This document shows, piece by piece, positions 34,292 to 43,543 of a DNA stretch of 64,000 nucleotides. The notes beneath the pieces were generated by a model that saw only the letters and a list, made by a program, of their open reading frames with translations, did not search any database and had not been told where the DNA came from. Both the position numbers and the translations under genes were made by a program. Each line of letters starts with the position of its first letter. The stretch's first letter is position 1. Source of the DNA: Bacillota bacterium (GTDB lineage: Bacteria; Bacillota; Clostridia; Peptostreptococcales; Anaerovoracaceae); NCBI GenBank assembly GCA_030530285.1, contig JAUMVD010000001.1, positions 26,273 through 90,272 on the forward strand, read 5' to 3'.

Positions 34292-35827
34292 ATGCTGAAA
34301 GAAAAAATTGTTTACCGGGACGAGCTTCCAATTAATGTAATTACAGCCAATATCGAAGAATATCCGATACACTTCCATGATGACATGGAGGTCGTATATG
34401 TTTTGGACGGCAGCATCACGCTCAGGAACGGATATTATACCTACGCACTGAAGCAGGGCGACATCTTTATCCTGAACGACAGAGAAATGCACAGCTTCGA
34501 AAGTACCGGCGAAGACAACATGGTCATGATGCTCCAGATGGATCTGTCATATTTCTCAAGGTACTATGATAATCTGAAGAATAATTTCTTTGTTACCGAC
34601 ATGGAGGATGACAGCGACGAGAGTCTGGACGTTCTTAAGAATATCCTGGCGAGGATCATGATGGAAGTCCTCCAAAAGGGATACGGATACGAACATAAGG
34701 TCATTGAGAGTACCCATAACCTCATCGCCTGCCTCATGTCAGACTTCCAGTATTTCGTGATGGAGGATGGCAAGTTCAAGAACGAATCCAAGAACAAAGG
34801 CAACAAAATCCTGGCCGGAAGGCTCAACCGCATCACAGATTATATGTACGACAACTATAACAGGAAGCTTACGCTCAGCGAGATCGCTGACAGGGAGCAC
34901 CTGAGCATTTACTATCTGTCTCATATCATAAAGGAAGCCACGGGACTCAGCTTCCAGGATCTGCTCAGCTATATCAGAGTGGAAGAGTCGGAGAAGCTTT
35001 TGCTCGGCACGAATAAAAAAATCGGGGCTATCGCTGACGAGACGGGGTTCTCCGCCGTCAGATACTATATCAAGCATTTCGAAAACTGGTTCGGCATGCA
35101 TCCGCTGGAGTACCGAAAGAAATATATCGGCAAGATCATCAGCAGGGAAATCGAAGCCAAATATACCAGATGCAGTCCGGCCAGCATAGAGGAAGCCATC
35201 CGAAGTCAGGTCAAAGGCGTTTATGCCGACTACGCGGATAAACTGAAGATCAAACCGGTCATCGTCGACGTCGATGTTTATGACGATTACGCGGAGGTCA
35301 AAAAAGGCGAGCCTGAGCTGGCGGAAATCATGAACAGAAGCGTCAACAGTATTTTGGCTCAGCCGTATAACACGCTGATGAGCATGGGAGAAAATCTGAT
35401 CGCTTCCGGCAGCAAATATGTAGTAACGACGAAGTGTCAATATCCGGGCGCGCTGACCAGTCTCAGCATTTTGGTTTACAATTTCGACGACAATGTCATC
35501 AAAGCGTTAAAGAGAATCGGAACCAGCAGCGACCTTTTGAGAATCGTGAAAAACTATGAAGGAGAGTCTGAATTTCTTATCAGGTGCACGGGCATGTCAG
35601 GAGAGTTCAGAGTGCTCAGATACAGGCTTGACAGCGACAACATTATTAAGCAAATAGAAGAAAACGGCCGTGAAAAAGAAGAAGAAACGGTACGTGAAAT
35701 GATCATCAACAAAATGCTTACAGAGCCTGCAATCAGCTCCGCCACATACACCAGCTCGGACGCCATGAGCATCAGAAGTATCTTTAAGGGAGTGGGCGCC
35801 GAACTGATCATGATAGACAGCAAATAA
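34292..35827 (+). CDS. AraC-family regulator (cupin + HTH_AraC + long C-terminal extension)
   Basis: Cupin-like N-terminus, AraC HTH LSEIADREHLSIYYLSHIIKEATG...FSAVRYYIKHF, and a ~230-aa C-terminal domain. Confidence 0.8.
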   Translation: MLKEKIVYRDELPINVITANIEEYPIHFHDDMEVVYVLDGSITLRNGYYTYALKQGDIFILNDREMHSFESTGEDNMVMMLQMDLSYFSRYYDNLKNNFFVTDMEDDSDESLDVLKNILARIMMEVLQKGYGYEHKVIESTHNLIACLMSDFQYFVMEDGKFKNESKNKGNKILAGRLNRITDYMYDNYNRKLTLSEIADREHLSIYYLSHIIKEATGLSFQDLLSYIRVEESEKLLLGTNKKIGAIADETGFSAVRYYIKHFENWFGMHPLEYRKKYIGKIISREIEAKYTRCSPASIEEAIRSQVKGVYADYADKLKIKPVIVDVDVYDDYAEVKKGEPELAEIMNRSVNSILAQPYNTLMSMGENLIASGSKYVVTTKCQYPGALTSLSILVYNFDDNVIKALKRIGTSSDLLRIVKNYEGESEFLIRCTGMSGEFRVLRYRLDSDNIIKQIEENGREKEEETVREMIINKMLTEPAISSATYTSSDAMSIRSIFKGVGAELIMIDSK

Positions 35828-35939
35828 GTACAGTAATAAAGCAAATAGCTCATTGCAAACCCCAAGTGAAAGGACTATCATTTAAACAGATTGAATAAAA
35901 TAACACTGATGTAGTTATTAGATTTTGGAGGTAACACTA

Positions 35940-37226
35940 ATGAAATTACTTATTATCGGAGCAGGCGGAGTTGGAACGTCAGCTGCTAAGATCATCCAGA
36001 GAGCTGGAGCAGATGCAGATTGGGCAGAAAAGGTCGTCGTATCAGACTACGATCTGAAGAGAGCTGAGAAAGTTGCTAACGAGATCTGCGGCGGCGGCAA
36101 GTTTATACCTGCACAGATCAATGCTATGGATGCTGAGAGCATCAAGAAAGTGGTAAATGAACACGGCTGCGATTTCGCGATGAACGCATGTGACCCTAGA
36201 ATGAATGCGACTATTTTTGATACATGCCTGGCACTGGGAATCGGATATCTGGATTGCGCTATGACACTGGGAACTGAGCACCCTGAAAAGCCATATGAAC
36301 TGACCAACATCAAGCTCGGTGACTATCAGTTTGCTAAGCAGAAGGAATGGGAAGCTTCCGGCAAGATCGCGATCTGCGGATCAGGTGTTGAACCTGGAAT
36401 GGCAGACGTTTTCGCGAAGTACGCTGCTAAGCACCTGTTCGATAAGATCGACAGAGTTGACGTACGTGACGGCGATAACTACGGAAATACTGATTCCGAC
36501 TTTGGTTTCTCAGTATGGACAACCATCGAAGAATGCTTACAGCCACCTGTAATCTGGGAAAAGAACGAAGAGTTCCCTGAAGGTCACTGGTTCTGCACAC
36601 CTCAGTTCTCAGAGCCTGAAGTATTTAACTTCCCTGGCGGCATTGGCGACGTAGAAGTTGTTAACGTAGAGCACGAAGAAGTACTGCTGGTACCGAGAGA
36701 AATCGATTGCAACAGAGTAACATTCAAGTATGGCGTACCTGCTGATTTCAGAGCTAAGCTGATGGTACTGTTTGAGTATGGTCTCTCAGACAAGAGAACG
36801 AAGATCAAAGTCGGCGACAGCGAGATCACTCCAAGAGATTTCGTATGTAAGGTAATACCTTCACCGGTTGACGCAACGATGACGATGACTGGTAAGGGCT
36901 GCGCCGGTACTTGGGTAACCGGATGGAAAGACGGCAAGTACAGATCAGTATATCTGTATCAGGTCGCTGACAACCAGGAATGCATCTCCAAGTACACTAC
37001 AAACTCAGTCGTTGCACAGACTGCAGTAGGTCCTGTCATCATGATGGAACTCATCGCTAAGGGCATCTGGAATGAAGCCGGAGCATGGGGTCCTGAGCAC
37101 TTCGATCCAGATCCGTTCGTAGAAAGACTCGCGAAGTATGAATTCCCTGCAGGAATCAAGGAAATGGATTCAGAATATGCTGATGAACTGAACGAGAAGG
37201 CATTTCTTGACGCAGTAAGCAAATAA
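35940..37226 (+). CDS. saccharopine dehydrogenase-family NAD(P)-dependent oxidoreductase
   Basis: The ATG at 35940 lies 8 nt after GGAGG. Rossmann loop LLIIGAGGVGTS and a 428-aa length typical of Sacchrp_dh N+C domain proteins. Confidence 0.7.
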   Translation: MKLLIIGAGGVGTSAAKIIQRAGADADWAEKVVVSDYDLKRAEKVANEICGGGKFIPAQINAMDAESIKKVVNEHGCDFAMNACDPRMNATIFDTCLALGIGYLDCAMTLGTEHPEKPYELTNIKLGDYQFAKQKEWEASGKIAICGSGVEPGMADVFAKYAAKHLFDKIDRVDVRDGDNYGNTDSDFGFSVWTTIEECLQPPVIWEKNEEFPEGHWFCTPQFSEPEVFNFPGGIGDVEVVNVEHEEVLLVPREIDCNRVTFKYGVPADFRAKLMVLFEYGLSDKRTKIKVGDSEITPRDFVCKVIPSPVDATMTMTGKGCAGTWVTGWKDGKYRSVYLYQVADNQECISKYTTNSVVAQTAVGPVIMMELIAKGIWNEAGAWGPEHFDPDPFVERLAKYEFPAGIKEMDSEYADELNEKAFLDAVSK

Positions 37227-37253
37227 GAAAAACTTACACTTTCATCAACTCAT

Positions 37254-37285
37254 AAAGAGCCGCTTTTGTAAAGCGGCTCTTTAAT
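37254..37285 (+). terminator. rho-independent terminator
   Basis: AAAGAGCCGCTTT-TGT-AAAGCGGCTCTTT followed by AATT. Confidence 0.7.
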
Positions 37286-37351
37286 TGTACGCTTTAATGT
37301 GCTAAAATATTTCTGGGAAGAGCGCTTCCCGGAAAGGGAGTATAGTAAGAA

Positions 37352-39133
37352 ATGCTTGAGGAAAAGGCAGGGTATCTAAAAGATTTTCCAATCAACATCA
37401 GAGTACTGCATATCGAAAATTACCCGCTCCACTATCACTTTGATCCGGAGTTTATTTATGTGCTCAAAGGCTTCGTGACGCTTAAGTGCGGGTCGAGTAT
37501 ATATAAAATGCAGCAGGGAGATATATTCGTGGTCAATGAGAGCGAGGTCCACGGGATCTATCACTGCTCCACCGACAATGTGGTGCTGATGATACAGATC
37601 GATACGGCATATTTCAGCAAAATGTTCCCCGCCCTCAAGAACAGCGTATACCGAACCCTGAGCAAGGACAGAAACGACGAGAATCTGGTATATCTGCGGA
37701 GCCAGCTTTTGCATGTGACCTTCAATTATCTCAAGCGCTCGCCGGGATATAAGATCGAAGATACGAATCTGATGGAAGACGTGATCACCTTCATGGATAA
37801 ATACTTCGCCACATTCTATTTCGAAGGGCAGACCGTCATGCAGCGAAAGTACGAAAAACCGGATCAGACGGAGCGGCTCAGCAGGATCATCAGCTATCTA
37901 TACGAGCATCACTCCGATAACATCACGCTGAAAGACCTGGCGGACATGGAGTATCTGAGCGAATACTATATCTCGCACCTGATTACGGACGGCACGGGAC
38001 TGAACTTCAGAGAGCTTCTGGCTTTTGCCCGGGTCGAAGAGTCGGAGAAACTCCTGCTGCAAAGCAACGAGAAGGTAAGCGCCATCGCCAAGAAAAGCGG
38101 GTTCAGCACCACGGCGTACTACATCAAGTTCTTCAAGAAATGGTACATGTGCGAACCGGAGGAGTACCGCCGGTCCTACGCGGGGCACATCAAAGGCTTC
38201 GATCTGAAAAAGACGAAGGAGATATCCACCAGCAAGGCGCTGGATCTGGTCACGGAGCTGATCAATTTCCTGTCCTTTGAGTCGGACGAAGAGGTGGGAG
38301 TCAAATTCAGTTATGACGAGGTGAACATAGATCTCAGAGACGCGCCGGAGGAGCCTGCCGTGTTCGGCAAGCCTGTGGAGCTGGGAGGAGACTATCTCAG
38401 AAACAAATACATCATTTACGGCAGTGAATTCATCGCGAAAACGCTGGGCACCGAGCTGTCAGAAGATATCAAACCGTATGTTGAAGGTGAGGGGAATTAT
38501 GTCTGGGACAGCCTGGCGACCATCCCGCATCTGTTCTATAAATTCATGGATCCCGGGATAGATGTCATAAGGGAGAATAACCATATCGATTCCGGGAAAT
38601 TCGATACTCTGCTGGCAGGTGAAAAGGGCATCATCATTTCCGACGAAATAGCCAAACCGGCATTTTACGGATACAGAATATTCAACTCCATGAAAGGAGA
38701 GATCCTGTCGAGAGGCGATCAGTATCTGGTGACGAAAGGCAAGAGCGGCAGGTCGGATCAGATTTCGGTGTTTGCGTTCAATTATGACGACTCCATCGAA
38801 AGACTGTTTGAGAAGGGCGGCAACATCACCCGCGTGCAGAAAACAATCACCGCCTTCAGGGACTCACACACGTACAAGGTGACGATCAAAGGCCTGGAAC
38901 CCGGCACATATGAAATCATCAGGACCGGGCAGAGTCACGGGGATACGATTTTTTCCCACGCTGTCATGGATAACAGCAGACGGCATAAACATACCGAAGA
39001 GGAAATTCTGACTCTGGACGAGGCGACGGTGCCGGATACCGTCATCGAACACAGATACCTGAATGAGGACATCCAGCTGGACATCAATCTGAAGGGGTTA
39101 AGCTATTATTATGTCAGAATTATCAAAAGATAG
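37352..39133 (+). CDS. AraC-family regulator, paralog of 34292..35827 (cupin + HTH_AraC + ~300-aa C-terminal domain)
   Basis: Same architecture and a colinear N-terminus (MLEEKAGYLKDFPINI... against MLKEKIVYRDELPINV...). HTH LKDLADMEYLSEYYISHLITDGTG. Confidence 0.8.
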   Translation: MLEEKAGYLKDFPINIRVLHIENYPLHYHFDPEFIYVLKGFVTLKCGSSIYKMQQGDIFVVNESEVHGIYHCSTDNVVLMIQIDTAYFSKMFPALKNSVYRTLSKDRNDENLVYLRSQLLHVTFNYLKRSPGYKIEDTNLMEDVITFMDKYFATFYFEGQTVMQRKYEKPDQTERLSRIISYLYEHHSDNITLKDLADMEYLSEYYISHLITDGTGLNFRELLAFARVEESEKLLLQSNEKVSAIAKKSGFSTTAYYIKFFKKWYMCEPEEYRRSYAGHIKGFDLKKTKEISTSKALDLVTELINFLSFESDEEVGVKFSYDEVNIDLRDAPEEPAVFGKPVELGGDYLRNKYIIYGSEFIAKTLGTELSEDIKPYVEGEGNYVWDSLATIPHLFYKFMDPGIDVIRENNHIDSGKFDTLLAGEKGIIISDEIAKPAFYGYRIFNSMKGEILSRGDQYLVTKGKSGRSDQISVFAFNYDDSIERLFEKGGNITRVQKTITAFRDSHTYKVTIKGLEPGTYEIIRTGQSHGDTIFSHAVMDNSRRHKHTEEEILTLDEATVPDTVIEHRYLNEDIQLDINLKGLSYYYVRIIKR

Positions 39134-39173
39134 TGCAAGGAAATAAACCAGAATTGCAAGCTGATTATAGAAA
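39134..39173 (+). promoter_or_regulatory. conserved 40-nt operator/promoter-like element, copy A (upstream of the GRE gene)
   Basis: GCAAGGAAATAAACCAGAATTGCAAGCTGATTATAGAAAT aligns without gaps to copies B and C. GCAA half-sites are 21 nt apart, followed by TTATAGAAA. Confidence 0.6.
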
Positions 39174-39176
39174 TGG

Positions 39177-39219
39177 ACCGCGTTTGAAAGTAACATTAAC
39201 TTAAGAGAACGCGGTTTTT
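39177..39219 (+). terminator. terminator-like hairpin between element A and the GRE start codon (AraC terminator or leader attenuator)
   Basis: ACCGCGTT (39177-84) pairs with AACGCGGT (39208-15) across a 23-nt loop, followed by TTTTTC. Confidence 0.45.
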
Positions 39220-39250
39220 CATTGCTTTAGATATAACGGAGGTGTTTGTT

Positions 39251-41623
39251 ATGATGACAGAAAGGGTCGCGAGACTAAAGAAACAGTTTTTATCAGTAAG
39301 GCCTAACATTACACCGGAGAGACTGCTTCTGGCTACGGAAGCATATAAGAAATACGCGGGTGATTCAGTTCCCATCTTCAAGGCGCGGGTCCTGGAGTAC
39401 GTTCTGGATAACCTGAGCATCACCATTCATCCGGAGGAAATGATCGTTGGGGTACCGACGTACAGCCTCAGAGGCGCCAACCTGTTCCCGGAATTCACTT
39501 CCACGGACTGGCTGCTGGAGGAGATACCGGAATTTCCGACGAGGCCGATGGACCAGATCGACGTTACAGAAGAAGACCAGAAAATCATCATCGACTGTCT
39601 GGAAAGCTTCTGGAAGGGCAGAGCCATCGAGGACCTGCTGGCCAGAGAACTGCCGGCTGACGTCAAAGAACTGTTCGATACAGCGGTTATCGATATCGGA
39701 CTGACCAATACGACATCCGGAGAAACGGTTCCGGATTATGTTTCACTGCTTAAGAAGGGGATCAGAGCTTATGCCGAGGAATGCAGGGAAAAAATAGAAA
39801 ACGAGCCGACGGGTACATTCGAGGCGCACGCCAAGATCGATTTCTGGAGAGCGTGCATCATCGTTTGTGAAGCGGTAATCAGGTTTGCCAACAGGTATGC
39901 GGATGAAGCGGAAGCGCAGGCCGCGAAGGAAACGGATCCGAAACGAAAGGCCGAGCTTCTGGTGATCGCGTCGAACTGCAGAAACGTTCCGGAGAATCCG
40001 CCGAGAGGATTCTATGAGGCACTCCAGTTCGTATGGTTCATCCATCTGGTATTCCACATCGAAGGACCTACCACCGCCTGCAGCTTCGGCAGATTCGACC
40101 AGATGCTGTATCCGTATATGGAGATGGATATGAAGAGCGGCATGTTCGATGAGCCGGCATTCCAGGAGATACTGGACTGCTTCTTCCTGAAGTGCGGTGA
40201 GGTTATCGAAGTCAGAGATAAATTCTACTCCAAAGCCTTTGCAGGATTCCCGATGTGGGCGATCATCATGCTGGGCGGACTGGATTCAGAAGGAAACGAC
40301 GCGACAAACAAGCTCAGCTACATGTGTCTGACCGCAGGCGCGGACGTACAGACCGCACAGCCTGTTCTGGCCATGAGAATCAGCGACAAGACGCCGGAGG
40401 ATCTGTTCAGACAGGCGGCTGAGATGATACAGGCCGGCATGGCAAATCCGGGATTCTTCAGTGAATATGGAAATGCCAACGTCATCAGATCCAAGGGCGG
40501 CAGCGAATGGGAGGCCAGAAACTGGTGCATCGTAGGCTGCACGCAGCCGCAGTACGGCGGCGGCGGTACCGACGCTACGCCGGATGCGGGATATGTGAAT
40601 TTCGCAAAGGCTCTGGAACTGGTGCTGCATAATGGCGTGGATCCGGCAACCGGCAAGAAAGTAGGTCTGGAAACGGGAGATCCGACCAAGTTTACTTGTA
40701 AGGAAGACCTGATCGAAGCATCGAAGAAGCAGATCATGTTCCTGTATGGGAAGATCGTAGAAGGCTTCAGGATCATGCAGTGCCAGGCGGCCAGGAGACA
40801 GCCGATGATCTGGGCGTCCCTGACGATGGACGGATGTATCGAAAGCGGCAAATCCGTACAGGAAGGCGGCACCAAGCATAATTCGGCAGGTCTGTTCAGT
40901 ACGGGCACAGCAAATCTGGCAGACTCCATCGTTGCCATCGAGCAGGTCGTATTCAAGGACAAGACCCTGACCATGAAGGAACTCATCGACATCCTGGATA
41001 ACGACTTCGACGGCGAGGAGAGAATCAGACAGCTGCTGCTCAACAAACCGCCTAAGTTCGGAAACGACGACGAATATGTCGACAATATCAATAAGGAAAT
41101 CGTTACTTACGCGGCGAATATCGTGCAGACCTGGGAAGACGCCAGAGGAGGACACTTCGACTTCACGCTGATGTCCCAGTCCATGAACGTGCCGCACGGT
41201 GAGGTTGTAGGTGCGACTCCTGACGGCAGACATGCCGGAGCTCCGCTTAACGACAACGCCTCGCCGATGATGGGCATGGATACCAATGGCCCGACGGCAA
41301 CGATCAAATCCGTAGCCGCGCTGGAACCTGTACACTTCTGGGCAGGAGCACTGTTCAATCTGAGGTTCGATCCTCACGGCGTGCAGGGAGAGAAAGGCAT
41401 ACAGACCATCGAAGGTGTCATCAAGTCATTCTTCGAGGAAGGCGGACTGCATATCCAGATCAACGTCGTTGACGACGCTACGCTGAGAAAAGCGCAGGAA
41501 AATCCGGAAGACTACAGAGGATTGGTCGTAAGAGTTGCCGGTTACATGGCATATTTCACAGAACTTGACAGGAGCGTACAGGATGCGCTCATAGACAGAA
41601 CAGCTCATCTTGGAGGGTGCTGA
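39251..41623 (+). CDS. glycyl radical enzyme (PFL-fold, eliminase-like) with a non-canonical Cys loop
   Basis: The ATG at 39251 lies 8 nt after GGAGG. Glycyl radical motif VVRVAGYMAYF near the C-terminus. Cys loop ARNWCIVGCTQPQYGGGG. Length 790 aa. Confidence 0.9.
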   Translation: MMTERVARLKKQFLSVRPNITPERLLLATEAYKKYAGDSVPIFKARVLEYVLDNLSITIHPEEMIVGVPTYSLRGANLFPEFTSTDWLLEEIPEFPTRPMDQIDVTEEDQKIIIDCLESFWKGRAIEDLLARELPADVKELFDTAVIDIGLTNTTSGETVPDYVSLLKKGIRAYAEECREKIENEPTGTFEAHAKIDFWRACIIVCEAVIRFANRYADEAEAQAAKETDPKRKAELLVIASNCRNVPENPPRGFYEALQFVWFIHLVFHIEGPTTACSFGRFDQMLYPYMEMDMKSGMFDEPAFQEILDCFFLKCGEVIEVRDKFYSKAFAGFPMWAIIMLGGLDSEGNDATNKLSYMCLTAGADVQTAQPVLAMRISDKTPEDLFRQAAEMIQAGMANPGFFSEYGNANVIRSKGGSEWEARNWCIVGCTQPQYGGGGTDATPDAGYVNFAKALELVLHNGVDPATGKKVGLETGDPTKFTCKEDLIEASKKQIMFLYGKIVEGFRIMQCQAARRQPMIWASLTMDGCIESGKSVQEGGTKHNSAGLFSTGTANLADSIVAIEQVVFKDKTLTMKELIDILDNDFDGEERIRQLLLNKPPKFGNDDEYVDNINKEIVTYAANIVQTWEDARGGHFDFTLMSQSMNVPHGEVVGATPDGRHAGAPLNDNASPMMGMDTNGPTATIKSVAALEPVHFWAGALFNLRFDPHGVQGEKGIQTIEGVIKSFFEEGGLHIQINVVDDATLRKAQENPEDYRGLVVRVAGYMAYFTELDRSVQDALIDRTAHLGGC

Positions 41624-42561
41624 TGACAGATAAACTGACTGCTTTCGTGGGAAGCATCCAGAAATTTTCAACCGAAGACGGACCGGGCGTACGGAGCACG
41701 GTATTCCTTAAGGGGTGCCCGCTTAACTGCGCCTGGTGCCATAATCCGGAGATGATTTCTCCGAGCCAGCAGATGATCGTAAGTCCTAAGAAGTGCATCG
41801 GCTGCGGAGAGTGCATCGCCGCGTGCCCGAACGGCGGCATCAAAGTCGGCGAAAACGGACCGCAGATCGACTGGGCGATGTGCGTTGCCTGCGGAGAGTG
41901 TTCGGAGGTATGTTTCGCCAGCGCCATCAGACCGGTGGCACAGGAGATGACCGTAGAGGAAGTCTTTGCCAAAGTGCTTCAGGATAAGGATTTCTATGTC
42001 AACACGGCAGGCGGCGTGACCATTAGCGGCGGAGAGGTGCTGATGCACCACGACTTCGCGAAGGCTTTGATCGAAAAGTGCGCGGCAGAAGACATCAACG
42101 TATGCATCGATACTTCCGGGTACAGCTCGTATGCCGTGCTGGAGGATCTGGCGAATTGCGAGAATGTGGAATTTTTGCTCTATGACATGAAACACATCGA
42201 CAGCAGCGAGCATCTGAAGTATACCGGAGTGGGGAACGAGCTGATCATCGAAAACCTCAGGAAGCTGGCGGCGGACGACCGGCTCCGGGGCAAGATCTGG
42301 ATGAGAATGCCGCTGATGAAGGGAATCAATGACAGCGATGACGTGCTTGCCCGCACCAGAGATCTGTATGAGGAACTCGGTATCGGCAGGCTGTCCTTCA
42401 TGGGGTACCACGATTATGGCAACTCCAAAGCGGAACACACCGGACGCCGGATGGAGAAGTTCGAAGCCCCGTCGGATGAGAGGCTGGATGAAATCAAGGA
42501 AATGTTTGAGTCGATCGGAATGGCTGTTGAGATCACCGGTCGTGAGGAAACTATAGCGTAG
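41623..42561 (+). CDS. glycyl-radical enzyme activating protein (radical SAM with two extra ferredoxin-type clusters)
   Basis: CPLNCAWCHNPE (CxxxCxxC), CIGCGECIAACP and CVACGECSEVC. TGATG overlap with the GRE stop codon. Confidence 0.9.
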   Translation: MTDKLTAFVGSIQKFSTEDGPGVRSTVFLKGCPLNCAWCHNPEMISPSQQMIVSPKKCIGCGECIAACPNGGIKVGENGPQIDWAMCVACGECSEVCFASAIRPVAQEMTVEEVFAKVLQDKDFYVNTAGGVTISGGEVLMHHDFAKALIEKCAAEDINVCIDTSGYSSYAVLEDLANCENVEFLLYDMKHIDSSEHLKYTGVGNELIIENLRKLAADDRLRGKIWMRMPLMKGINDSDDVLARTRDLYEELGIGRLSFMGYHDYGNSKAEHTGRRMEKFEAPSDERLDEIKEMFESIGMAVEITGREETIA

Positions 42562-42577
42562 AAGTAAGGAGGCCAAT

Positions 42578-43372
42578 ATGACACATAAAAACAGAGTTGG
42601 GATAGTTACGGGCGCAGGAATGGGAAACGGCAAAGGAATCGCCGAATGCCTGTGCAAGCAGGGCGTAAAGGTCGCCATCTTTGACATCAGCAAAGTGATG
42701 GAAGAAACCGTGGCGGAATTCAAAGAAAAGGGATATGAAGTCGAAGGCTACTACGTGGACATAAGAGAACATGATCAGATCGATAAGGCGGTAGCCGCAG
42801 TGCTGGAAAAATGGGGCAAGATCGACATTCTGGTAAACAATGCCGGCGTAATGGCCTGCAAGCCGTTCCTGGAAGCCGATGACGCCAACAGAGATTTCCA
42901 TATCGATGTAAATCTGAAGGGTCCGTGGAACATGACCCAGGCGGTTATCCCGAACATGCTGGAGAATCAATACGGCAGGATCGTTTCCATCGCATCCGTC
43001 ACAGGCGCCCACGTCTCCGACGGTGCCGATACGGCGTACGCCCTGACAAAGGCAGGAATCGTAGGTTTCGGCAAGAGTATCGCCATGGAATACATCCGAG
43101 ACGGCATCACTTCCAATGTGGTATGCCCGGGATACTGCAGGACGCCTATGGTCATGCAGGAAGCGCTGGAACAGTTCCCGGACGATCCGGAAGAGTTCTT
43201 CAGACAGCTGGCGCAGAGCCTGCCGATCAAGAGACTTGGAACGCCGGAAGATATTGGCGGTCTGGTGGCTTATCTGACCAGTGATGAGGCAAGCTTCATT
43301 ACAGCGCAGGATATCGTCATTGACGGCGGATGTATTTCTCCTGAAACAGGTCTTGACTGCTTCGAGGATTAA
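42578..43372 (+). CDS. SDR-family oxidoreductase
   Basis: TGAGMGNGKG (TGxxxGxG), NNAG, catalytic S...YALTK. Confidence 0.85.
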   Translation: MTHKNRVGIVTGAGMGNGKGIAECLCKQGVKVAIFDISKVMEETVAEFKEKGYEVEGYYVDIREHDQIDKAVAAVLEKWGKIDILVNNAGVMACKPFLEADDANRDFHIDVNLKGPWNMTQAVIPNMLENQYGRIVSIASVTGAHVSDGADTAYALTKAGIVGFGKSIAMEYIRDGITSNVVCPGYCRTPMVMQEALEQFPDDPEEFFRQLAQSLPIKRLGTPEDIGGLVAYLTSDEASFITAQDIVIDGGCISPETGLDCFED

Positions 43373-43400
43373 TCTTATATTCAAGATAAAACAACAAGAA

Positions 43401-43427
43401 GGGCAGTGCGTATCGCACTGCCCTTTT
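43401..43427 (+). terminator. rho-independent terminator
   Basis: GGGCAGTGCG-TAT-CGCACTGCCC followed by TTTT. Confidence 0.75.
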
Positions 43428-43430
43428 ATC

Positions 43431-43470
43431 GCAAAGAAATCGAATTTTATTGCATGGCGATTATAGAAAA
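43431..43470 (+). promoter_or_regulatory. conserved 40-nt element, copy B (upstream of APC permease 1)
   Basis: GCAAAGAAATCGAATTTTATTGCATGGCGATTATAGAAAA. Confidence 0.6.
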
Positions 43471-43543
43471 AATATTCTGAAAAAAGTACCATGGAAGTAG
43501 GAATTATTTAATGATTTAAAGTACAAGAATAGGAGGCGAGGCA

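Noticed and set aside
35841-35860. GCAAATAGCTCATTGCAAAC upstream of the saccharopine-dehydrogenase-like gene as a fourth copy of the 40-nt element.
   Set aside because: The GCAA half-sites are 14 nt apart, not 21, and the TTATAGAAA block is missing. This is only superficial similarity.
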